In this document: piece after piece, positions 45,854 to 54,137 of the stretch | Position numbering within the stretch: position 1 is the stretch's first letter | Layout of the letters: every line of letters starts with the position of its first letter | Source: Polyangiaceae bacterium | GTDB taxonomy: Bacteria; Myxococcota_A; Polyangia; Polyangiales; Polyangiaceae | Reading direction: 5' to 3' | Assembly (NCBI GenBank): GCA_050287085.1 | Contig: JBNKBE010000009.1 | Coordinates: forward strand, 1-64,000 | Length of the DNA stretch: 64,000 nucleotides | The notes under the pieces: model-generated | What the model was told of the DNA's origin: nothing | Seen by the model: only the letters and a program-made list of their open reading frames with translations | Databases searched by the model: none | Position numbers and translations under genes: made by a program

Positions 45854-46933
45854 TCAAATGATGCGGCGCGACGCACCGTATACGGCAACACGATTGCGCC
45901 CCGTATGCTTCGCTTCATACAGTGCTTGATCCGCTCGATCCACCAGGCCCGAGGCCGCGCTGAGCGAGGGAAAGTTGCTGGCCACGCCAAGCGACGCCGA
46001 CACGGCTAAGCGTTGCCCTTGGAAGAACACGGGGGTTTGGGAAATGATAGTGCGGAGCCGCTCCGCGACGAGGGCAGCCTCGGAAGGGAGCGTATCGCGA
46101 GCCAAAACGACGAACTCTTCACCCCCGTAGCGGGCGACGAGGTCCTCAACACGTAGCGTCGCCACCAACTCCCGGGCAACCGCCCGCAGCGCTTCATCCC
46201 CGGCGGGATGGCCATGCTCGTCGTTGAAGCGCTTGAAATGGTCGACATCCAGCATGATCAACGACAGCGGGCGTGCGTGGCGTTCAGCAAAGGCAAACTC
46301 CATCTCCAAACGGTCGTCGAAAACCCGCCGGTTGTACACGCCAGTTAGACCGTCTTTGAGCGCCGAATCGTGCAGCTGCAGAGTGGCCTGCTCCTCCAGC
46401 GCGTCCTGTACCGAGAACCGTGCCACGGTACGCTTTCCCAGGCTTATGCGCACGCCATCGGTGAGGAAGGTCGGCTTTGAAATCTCCTGACCACCGACGA
46501 AGCTACCGTTGGTACTATTGAGATCGTTGATCAGAAATCCGACCGCAGGCCCGTGGCCAACCAACGTGAAGCGGGCGTGAAGTCGGGAAAGCCCTGGATC
46601 GGGGATGGTAATGTCTGCCTCGTCGGCGCGCCCGATTGTAAGAACTTCCTTGTCCAGCTTGAATACGGAACCCTTGGCTGGCCCCGTCATTACAGTAAGC
46701 AGGAACCGGTCCTTTTCGACCGAGGGCAGTTCCGCCGCCTCCACTCGGAGGTCTTCATCGTGCAGTGTGCGTTGCTGCGCGCGGTAGGTGCCGCTTGGCG
46801 AGTTTCCCAATCGCGGATCGAGCCGGGGGTCACGCGCTACACTGGAATGTGCGCGAGACGCTCGCCCTCCAGACTGCGGCGTTCCCTCAACCTGAGATGA
46901 CAACGCCTGCGCTGGCGGAACATGAGTGGACAT
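45854..46933 (-). CDS. FHA-GGDEF diguanylate cyclase
   Basis: FHA (IGR, SRLHA, NSTNG); DGLTGVYNRR, DVDHFKRFND, RVED I-site, RYGGEEF. Confidence 0.95.
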   Translation of the reverse strand: MSTHVPPAQALSSQVEGTPQSGGRASRAHSSVARDPRLDPRLGNSPSGTYRAQQRTLHDEDLRVEAAELPSVEKDRFLLTVMTGPAKGSVFKLDKEVLTIGRADEADITIPDPGLSRLHARFTLVGHGPAVGFLINDLNSTNGSFVGGQEISKPTFLTDGVRISLGKRTVARFSVQDALEEQATLQLHDSALKDGLTGVYNRRVFDDRLEMEFAFAERHARPLSLIMLDVDHFKRFNDEHGHPAGDEALRAVARELVATLRVEDLVARYGGEEFVVLARDTLPSEAALVAERLRTIISQTPVFFQGQRLAVSASLGVASNFPSLSAASGLVDRADQALYEAKHTGRNRVAVYGASRRII

Positions 46934-47375
46934 ACCGTGTGGGGTTTTGAGTGTGGATGCCAATGCAACTCCCTGATGAGTAGGGGTAGCGCATGGGTCT
47001 GGCCATCGCCAGCCTCTCGCTCCGCTCCCCCTCGCCCTGGTGACGAGTCTCGCACAACTCGTTTCATCATGCTGCAACGCAATGGCCGAATACATGGGGA
47101 GGTTGTTGGGTTTTCGACCTCGCGTACAATTGCGGCCCACTACGGAACGGACCCACCAGCTTCGAACTGAACCACTCTCCCAAACCGCGCCCCGGCGGCT
47201 CGGGGCTGCGCGCACGCTCTCCGCGTCAATACGCCCCAGGGCCGCGCAGCGATTGCGGCAGGCACCCGCGTCGTCGGCGTGCGAGGCGGAAGGGGCTCGG
47301 CGGTCGGCCCGGAAAGTGTGACGGGGTCAGGGGAGGCTTGGCTTTTTTGAGGCTTCTGCTATGACGTCGCGCCCC

Positions 47376-47465
47376 GGAGAGATGACCGAGTGGTCGAAGG
47401 TGCATGATTGGAAATCATGTGTACTCGCAAGGGTACCGTGGGTTCGAATCCCACTCTCTCCGCCA
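47376..47465 (+). tRNA. tRNA-Ser (anticodon GGA)
   Basis: GGAGAGA/TCTCTCC acceptor stem, CATGA-TTGGAAA-TCATG anticodon arm, long variable arm, GGTTCGAATCC, encoded CCA. Confidence 0.97.
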
Positions 47466-47466
47466 G

Positions 47467-47496
47467 GCGTGGCAGGGCCTCCGGGCTCTGCCACGC
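47467..47496 (+). terminator. Hairpin directly after tRNA-Ser(GGA)
   Basis: GCGTGGCAGGGCC...GGCTCTGCCACGC; no T-tract. Confidence 0.45.
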
Positions 47497-47683
47497 GCAT
47501 CCTAAGGAGCGCTCGCGGCGCGGGTCCAATTCCGGCGTAGCGCGCAGACTCTGACGTCACCGGAAATGGCCGATCGAAGGTCCCTTTGCCGCCGGCTCGC
47601 GTGGCAGGGCACGTGACGCCCGAGAGCCTTCACCGACGCCGCGACCATAGCAGTGAAGCTCGGATCGTGATATTTCTTCGCTG

Positions 47684-48106
47684 ATGAGGGCCGTGGCAGT
47701 TTGTTGCACAGCAGCACTCTTGCTGCCCGCTTGCGATCTGAACCCCTGGGGTGAAGATCCAAGCTACTCCCCCGCAAGTGCACCGGCGGGTATCGCCGAT
47801 CCCACGGGGCACGCCCCGTCGGTCTCTGTCGACTCCGCGAAGGGTGGGAGCGGACTGGACGACTCTGCGTCGGGCGCAGGTGGAAGCGATGTGGTTATCA
47901 CAGACGTCGCAGGTGACACGACCTCCGGCGGTCCGTCTGAGCTGGTGCCCGGCGCCCCAGCAGAAGACCTTGACGAAGCGACTCGGCCACCAACCCCAGA
48001 GCCCGCCTTTGCGGCAGATGCCGGCGCACCGCCCCCTCTCGACGCCGGGAACGCCGAAGCTTCTGCAGCAGACTCCGGTCCGGCATCCGGCGTCCGTGAG
48101 CAGTAG
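47684..48106 (+). CDS. Low-complexity hypothetical lipoprotein
   Basis: MRAVAVCCTAALLLPAC lipobox; D/A/G/P-rich. Confidence 0.6.
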   Translation: MRAVAVCCTAALLLPACDLNPWGEDPSYSPASAPAGIADPTGHAPSVSVDSAKGGSGLDDSASGAGGSDVVITDVAGDTTSGGPSELVPGAPAEDLDEATRPPTPEPAFAADAGAPPPLDAGNAEASAADSGPASGVREQ

Positions 48107-48181
48107 CTCCACGGCGCGAACTCGGAGAGAGGAGGACGGACGCGGAGACGGGCGACCCGCGTCTCCTCATAGGAAGTCACG

Positions 48182-49402
48182 ATGACCCAGAACTACGACG
48201 TCCTAAACGCCGATGGGACCCCGATCAAAGCCTGGGTGCGCGGGGTAGCCCTGGACGAAGGGGCGGTGTTGCAGCTAACCCATATCGCGAACCTACCCTT
48301 CATCTACAAATGGGTCGCAGCCATGCCTGACGTACACGTCGGCAAGGGAGCGACGATCGGCTCGGTCATCGCGACTCGCAATGCCATCATCCCCGCCGCT
48401 GTGGGTGTGGACATCGGCTGCGGCATGATGGCAGTCCGCACCAGCCTCTGTTCTCGGGACTTGCCCGATCATCTGGAGCGTATTCGAGCGGCCATCGAAC
48501 GCGCTGTGCCGCACGGGCGCACCGGCGGGCGCCATCGAGACGCGGGCGCATGGGACGAAATACCCAGTGCCATTGGCTCGCGCTGGGCAGAGCTAGAGCC
48601 GCGCTTCGCTGAGCTCTGTGCCAGATATCCGCAGCTAAAGAACGCCAATACGGTCAGTCACCTGGGAACGCTCGGTACCGGCAACCACTTCATCGAGCTT
48701 TGCCTGGACGAGGCGGACCGCCTGTGGGTGATGTTGCATAGCGGCTCTCGGGGAGTGGGCAACCGCATCGGGAGTCATTTCATTGCGCTGGCCAAGAAGG
48801 AAATGGAGCGCTGGTTCATCCACCTGCCCGACCGCGACCTAGCTTACCTCAGCGAGGGCTCCAACCACTTCAACGACTATTGCTCCGCTGTAGAGTGGGC
48901 CCAGGACTACGCGCGGCTCAATCGAGAAGAGATGATGGCATCCGTGCTGCGCGCGCTCAGGGACAGTCGCAACTTGCCTCCCTTCACCGTGCAGGAAAGC
49001 GCGGTCAACTGCCATCACAATTACATATCGCGCGAAAGTCATTTCGGCGAGAACGTATGGATAACCCGGAAGGGCGCGGTTCGCGCCCGACGCGGAGAGC
49101 TCGGGATCATTCCTGGCAGCATGGGAGCTCACTCATTTATCGTACGAGGCAAGGGCCATCCCGAAAGCTTCTGCAGCTGCAGTCATGGCGCAGGCAGAGC
49201 CATGACGCGCACGGAAGCGCGCAAACGCTTTACGGTGGAGGACCATATGGCCGCCACGGCGGGTATCGAATGCCGCAAAGACGAGGCCGTAATCGACGAG
49301 ACCCCGATGGCATACAAGCCGATCGACGCCGTTATGGCCGCCCAACGTGACCTAGTGGACGTTGTCCATACACTGAACCAAGTCGTCTGCGTCAAGGGCT
49401 AA
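48182..49402 (+). CDS. rtcB: RtcB-family RNA ligase
   Basis: MPDVH, GVDIGCG, GNHF, HSGSRG, HHN, PGSMG, SHGAGR, DETPMAYK. Confidence 0.97.
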   Translation: MTQNYDVLNADGTPIKAWVRGVALDEGAVLQLTHIANLPFIYKWVAAMPDVHVGKGATIGSVIATRNAIIPAAVGVDIGCGMMAVRTSLCSRDLPDHLERIRAAIERAVPHGRTGGRHRDAGAWDEIPSAIGSRWAELEPRFAELCARYPQLKNANTVSHLGTLGTGNHFIELCLDEADRLWVMLHSGSRGVGNRIGSHFIALAKKEMERWFIHLPDRDLAYLSEGSNHFNDYCSAVEWAQDYARLNREEMMASVLRALRDSRNLPPFTVQESAVNCHHNYISRESHFGENVWITRKGAVRARRGELGIIPGSMGAHSFIVRGKGHPESFCSCSHGAGRAMTRTEARKRFTVEDHMAATAGIECRKDEAVIDETPMAYKPIDAVMAAQRDLVDVVHTLNQVVCVKG

Positions 49403-49418
49403 CGGACACCGTCGAGAG

Positions 49419-51449
49419 CTAGGAGCACCCGCCATGGCGTCGCTTGACTCGAGCCATCGCAAGAAACGCCATCGCTACGCACCAAGGGACCCGCCCCATG
49501 CCTCCACGAAGGGTCCGCGGTGTCAACCTACCGCCTGCGGCCACAGCTGAACAGTCACACCCCGCGTCTTGCGCCACGCCGTCACAGATGACAGTCTCAC
49601 TTTCCACCTCGGTCAACTGCAAGTGGCCGTCCCCATCCTGATCGACGCCGCCCAACACGATGGCTCCTCCGCCGCGACAAGATGCGTGGGCTGGGACCCG
49701 CTCGGTACGGACCAACCAAGGACCGTGAGTGCCGGCGTCGCTGCTCCGCGGCGAAACGCCAGCATCCGGCTCCGGATTGCACAGTCGAAACAAGACCCCG
49801 GCGCCGCCATCATCCCCAGGGGTTGTGCTCACCAGCAACCATCCTCCAGCGGGGCAGTCTTCATCTCCTACTGGAAGGGGCTCCGCGCGCCATGCATCAG
49901 CGGACAGGCCGTCACAGACCGGCAGCTCCGACTCGATTTCCTCCGACGCCAACTGGCCATCGCCATCCTCGTCGGTGCCAACCCGAACCCAAGTGCCGCC
50001 AGCGGCACACAGCTTTCCCGGAGCGACCGCGTCTGTTTCGACGAGGACACCGCGCGAGGCCGTACATAGTAACTCACGCTGCTGATACTCGAACTCGTCG
50101 AGTTCGCCGTCGCGGTCGATGTCAACACCCGCGCTCAACCAATACCCCTCCGGGCACTCAGATGAGCGAGCCGCCTGCAACGCGACCAACTCAGCACACT
50201 CACTCTCATCCTCTCGGTCGAAACACGCCCGTCTGCCGTCGCAGCGTTCACCGGGGCGGACGCGAGTGCCTCCATCACAGACCAGATCCAGCGCACACAA
50301 TCGCGGATCTTCGTCACTCCCTCCGGCGCAATCGTCGTGGCCGTCGCAGACGAAAGCCCGAGACGTATGCGTGCCGTCGAGGCAGAACCACGAACCACAA
50401 TACGCCTCGGACTCGTCCTCCCCCCCGGAACAATCGGGATAGTAGTCGCATAGGTACGATCCAGGAATCGAATCCCCGTCCTCGCACAAGAAGGGGCACG
50501 TAAAAGGCGATTCGTCCGCCCCATCCGCGCAGTCCACTTGGCCGTCGCAAGCAGCCCCGAGGGCAATTCGCTCACCGTCGCTGCACGGCACCTCCTCCAG
50601 CGTCGAGCATCTGCCGCCGGTAGTGCACGCGCTTAGCCAATCTCCAACCTGCGGCAGGGCCGCAACGCGCGAGTAGATACCGGGGATTCCAGCACGACCG
50701 CAGCCAATGCCGTAGCTGGTAATGCCGAGCAGCTCCGGCCCCGACGCACCCAAAGCCAGGAGCGGCCCGCCGCTATCGCCGGAACACGTGTCGGCTCCCC
50801 CCTCCGGGACGCCAGCGCAGAGCGTCGAGGCATCCGCTGCGCCCAAACCAACTGACTGCCGAACCAGACTACAACTCCATGCGTCCAGAAGGTCGAGCTC
50901 CACCTGTCGAAGCTCGGAGCTCGTATATCCCCCTTCAGAGGTCGCTCCGAAACCGAGTGCAAGCACCCGATCGCCCTGCACGAGATCACTTACCACGGCA
51001 ATGGGTTCCGCGTCCGCGTTCTCCGTCAGCTGCAGTAGCGCCAGGTCAAACGCTAGAGTCGTGGGATCGTGTTCCGGATGGAGGTACACCCCTTGAACAG
51101 ACATCCTCGTGACCTTGGTGTCCAGTCTGCCAAGCCCTAGGGCCAGCTGGATGTCCTCGGGCCGCACGATGTTAGGCAACGAAAAGACACAGTGTGCCGC
51201 CGTCAAGACCCAGTCCTGCGCCACCAGAACGCCCCCGCAGAAGGCGGCCTCTTTGGTATCGCTAATACTTGGATTGAGCAGAGTCGCAAGCCACGGGTAC
51301 GCGCCCTCTGGCGCTGGACCGCCACCAACGATTCGCGGCTGGGACACCGCGACGTCCGAAATCCCGAGAAGCGCCACTACCAAAGCAGCCGATAGCCGTC
51401 CTCGTGAGCCCCACGGGCCCGTCGTCGGACCGCCCCTTGTCCGAGTCAT
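49419..51449 (-). CDS. Trypsin-like S1 protease with LDLa repeats and MYXO-CTERM-like tail
   Basis: R|IVGG, LTAAHC, DLALL, GDSGGP; four CDGxxDCxxGxDE-type repeats; GCDCS + hydrophobic + RVKRR tail; start 51449 (ORF open to 51545). Confidence 0.9.
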   Translation of the reverse strand: MTRTRGGPTTGPWGSRGRLSAALVVALLGISDVAVSQPRIVGGGPAPEGAYPWLATLLNPSISDTKEAAFCGGVLVAQDWVLTAAHCVFSLPNIVRPEDIQLALGLGRLDTKVTRMSVQGVYLHPEHDPTTLAFDLALLQLTENADAEPIAVVSDLVQGDRVLALGFGATSEGGYTSSELRQVELDLLDAWSCSLVRQSVGLGAADASTLCAGVPEGGADTCSGDSGGPLLALGASGPELLGITSYGIGCGRAGIPGIYSRVAALPQVGDWLSACTTGGRCSTLEEVPCSDGERIALGAACDGQVDCADGADESPFTCPFLCEDGDSIPGSYLCDYYPDCSGGEDESEAYCGSWFCLDGTHTSRAFVCDGHDDCAGGSDEDPRLCALDLVCDGGTRVRPGERCDGRRACFDREDESECAELVALQAARSSECPEGYWLSAGVDIDRDGELDEFEYQQRELLCTASRGVLVETDAVAPGKLCAAGGTWVRVGTDEDGDGQLASEEIESELPVCDGLSADAWRAEPLPVGDEDCPAGGWLLVSTTPGDDGGAGVLFRLCNPEPDAGVSPRSSDAGTHGPWLVRTERVPAHASCRGGGAIVLGGVDQDGDGHLQLTEVESETVICDGVAQDAGCDCSAVAAGGRLTPRTLRGGMGRVPWCVAMAFLAMARVKRRHGGCS

Positions 51450-51498
51450 ACACGTGCTCTCATCGCAGCGGCCTCGCTTGGAACGCCCGTCACCGCCG

Positions 51499-51945
51499 CT
51501 ACTCCGCCTGCAGCGAAACATGACGAATGCGGACCTTGGCCTCATTCAGCATTTCCATGCTGAGCGCGAAGTCCTCAGCCCACCTCTCTGGAATATCCGT
51601 TCCCTCGGGATAGACCACCTCGGAAACCCCGGCCTGTACCAGGGAACGTGCACACCGCGTACAAGGAGGCCACGTCACGTAGGCTGTGCACCCTCGCAGA
51701 CTGACGCCGATGCGCGCTGCATGCATGATGGCGTTTTCCTCAGCGTGACAGATCAGCGGGTACTTCTTGGCGCGGTCCGCTAGACGCTCAACACTGTCCT
51801 CAATCCCCCGCGGGAACCCGTTGAAGCCGGTACTCCGGATCTCTCGATCCGGTCCTACCACCACGCACCCCACTTTGCTCGAGGGGTCTTTGCTCCACGC
51901 AGAGATGTGCTGAGCCAAACGAAGGAATCTTCGATCCCACTTCAT
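51499..51945 (-). CDS. dCMP deaminase (ComEB-like)
   Basis: WDRRFL, SKDPSSKVG, GFNGFPRG, HAEENA, PCTRC; start 51945 or 51957. Confidence 0.93.
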   Translation of the reverse strand: MKWDRRFLRLAQHISAWSKDPSSKVGCVVVGPDREIRSTGFNGFPRGIEDSVERLADRAKKYPLICHAEENAIMHAARIGVSLRGCTAYVTWPPCTRCARSLVQAGVSEVVYPEGTDIPERWAEDFALSMEMLNEAKVRIRHVSLQAE

Positions 51946-52042
51946 TGCCGCCAGCATGCCCCAAGCGTCGTCTGCTGCCCAGAGACAACTGCGCCGCCCC
52001 CTTCAATGGCCCGCCACGCCCTCACCTCGCTCCCGGAAAACG

Positions 52043-52786
52043 TCACGGCATCACTCGGCCGTCTATGCCCCCGTCGGGCGGCAATTGCCTCGCCCCGCCA
52101 TCGTCACCCCCAGCATCCGGTGCACCCCCTTCGGATGGGGGGTGCGCGACGCTCACCATGCCGGCATCGTCGACCACCGTCTCGATCTGCGTTTCCTCCT
52201 CCCGTAGGAAACCTCGCAGCGTGCCGCTGGCGCGCGCGCCGTCTTCGTTCCGAACGGTGACGAAGACATCCACGTGCAAGCCGTCCCATTGCGAACGGGG
52301 CGCAATGCCACCAAGAGGCACGAAAATGGGCGCAATCTCACAGATATGCCGCTCAGCGTCGCAAGCCATCGGTCGTGAGCGCGGCAATTCACCCAGACTG
52401 ACCTGTCCCGGACCATCCAGATTCACGATCTGCACCGAGAAGTAGCTGCGCGAACCAAATCCTGCGACCTGGACAGCGAGCAGAGCGTGGGAACTGCCTT
52501 GTCCTCCCTCCTGCACGGGAATACCCGCCTGGGCTTCTACCAAACGAAACGCCAGGCCATCGGCGTCGTCGACTGTCCCCACCTTGACCCACGGCTCTCG
52601 CGGTGGCTTCTCGCTGACTCCGGCTTCGGAGTGGTTGCTGCTTTCGCCCGAATCTCCTCCGTCGCGCAGGCGCGGACTCCCCGCGTCGTTCTCAATCGCG
52701 TGACGACTGTTGCACCCCGCTAATAGCGCGCATGCAAACACGCTCAAGCGCTTGCGCAAGACACGACAAACGGCCCCATAGGTCAT
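52043..52786 (-). CDS. Hypothetical lipoprotein
   Basis: Lipobox LLAGC; GGQGSSH motif. Confidence 0.65.
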   Translation of the reverse strand: MTYGAVCRVLRKRLSVFACALLAGCNSRHAIENDAGSPRLRDGGDSGESSNHSEAGVSEKPPREPWVKVGTVDDADGLAFRLVEAQAGIPVQEGGQGSSHALLAVQVAGFGSRSYFSVQIVNLDGPGQVSLGELPRSRPMACDAERHICEIAPIFVPLGGIAPRSQWDGLHVDVFVTVRNEDGARASGTLRGFLREEETQIETVVDDAGMVSVAHPPSEGGAPDAGGDDGGARQLPPDGGIDGRVMP

Positions 52787-53020
52787 AAGAGGAACTTGTC
52801 CCGGCGCACTCCGAATGTCATCGGCAAAAAGGGGCGCGACGCGTCAAGCACCAGACCTGCCGTCCAACGAACGCCCGGCCATCGAACATTTCACCGTGCC
52901 TGACGCCGTCCTGCGGCCCTTCATTGAGCGGAGTACGCCGCCCGGAATGTCTAGGACGAGGTGGCGTCGCGCGGCCGTGATGAAGAAGTGCTCCGCGGCA
53001 TCGACGACTTGCTTGTTCAC

Positions 53021-53968
53021 CTACAGCAAATTCGCCACGTCAGACGTCAACCAACCGCCATATTCTGCGCCGAGCCCGATAGGCGTATGGGGACGACCGA
53101 GAATGCTGAGCTCTCCGACGAACCAGGCCAGATCCGCACGCTCCTGACCGTGGCAGTCGGCCTTGGCACTCAAATAGTCGCAGAAGCGGTCGAGCGATAG
53201 CGGCGCTACCTTGTAGCGAAACGCAGTTGCTAACAAGTGCAGATAGGTGGCCCTTACCATGCCGTCGCGGTCATGATCGCGACGCAGAAACTGCCTCGAC
53301 ATGTACGTCGGGAAGCGGATGAACATCTTCACTACCCGATCGCAGATCCGGTATCGGAGCAACTCCGTCGAGCCCGAAAGCAAGAGACGTTCGGTTGCGA
53401 TCATCCGAAAGACGTACTCGTAAAGCGGCAAGTTGTCTGCCGTGGCGCCCAACAGTTCCGCAAACACGTCGTCTTCGGACGCAGCCAGTGCTTGCCCTCG
53501 CTCCACCCAGTCGTAGATATAGGGCGCCGCGGCGCCCGAGTCGCGCAGTGCGCGCCGCCGTTCGCCGCTCAAGTCCTCCCAATAGGTAACGATGTCGTCC
53601 GGCCGACGCCAAACTTCGGCGGCATAGGCTCCAAGCTTCCACTGGTAGGCCACAGTGGGCTGGGGATTTTGCTGCAGCCACTTGTGCAATAGCTGGAGCT
53701 CAACGCGGAGCGTGCCCTCCGCGCAGGCGTCGAGCTCCGCCAGCGGTCCGTGAACGAAGCTCGATTTTTCGCATACCTTGAGCATCAAAGGCTCTGCAAC
53801 CACCAGCTCAGACGCGCGCAAATGCTGGCAGACGAAGCGAGGTGTCTGCTCGTCCACGCACAGCTCGGGAACGTCGGCTGCGAAGAAATCTGCCGGCCGC
53901 ACGCCAACTCCCGGCTCGATGCCAAGGAGAAAGAATACGAGAACATTTGAGTCGTCAGCGTTCAACAT
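53021..53968 (-). CDS. Hypothetical protein, possibly interrupted by an in-frame TAG (frame continues to 52844)
   Basis: Long ORF with globular composition; no family recognised. Confidence 0.65.
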   Translation of the reverse strand: MLNADDSNVLVFFLLGIEPGVGVRPADFFAADVPELCVDEQTPRFVCQHLRASELVVAEPLMLKVCEKSSFVHGPLAELDACAEGTLRVELQLLHKWLQQNPQPTVAYQWKLGAYAAEVWRRPDDIVTYWEDLSGERRRALRDSGAAAPYIYDWVERGQALAASEDDVFAELLGATADNLPLYEYVFRMIATERLLLSGSTELLRYRICDRVVKMFIRFPTYMSRQFLRRDHDRDGMVRATYLHLLATAFRYKVAPLSLDRFCDYLSAKADCHGQERADLAWFVGELSILGRPHTPIGLGAEYGGWLTSDVANLL

Positions 53969-54137
53969 GGGCAACCCCCGTTCGGCGTGCGGTGCCGAGA
54001 CACTGAGTAAAACGGCCCCGCACGCGGCCCCTGAAACACTTTTGCCCCGCACGCATCAGGCTCGCCGTTTAGGGGCGGCACATTGCAGATGTGACGCCCT
54101 CAACGGGCCGGATCGGCACCACAAATGTTCGATATTG

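Noticed and set aside
47694..47708. Sigma54 promoter for rtcB (TGGCAGTTTGTTGCA)
   Set aside because: GG-GC spacing is 9 nt rather than 10, and it lies inside a lipoprotein CDS
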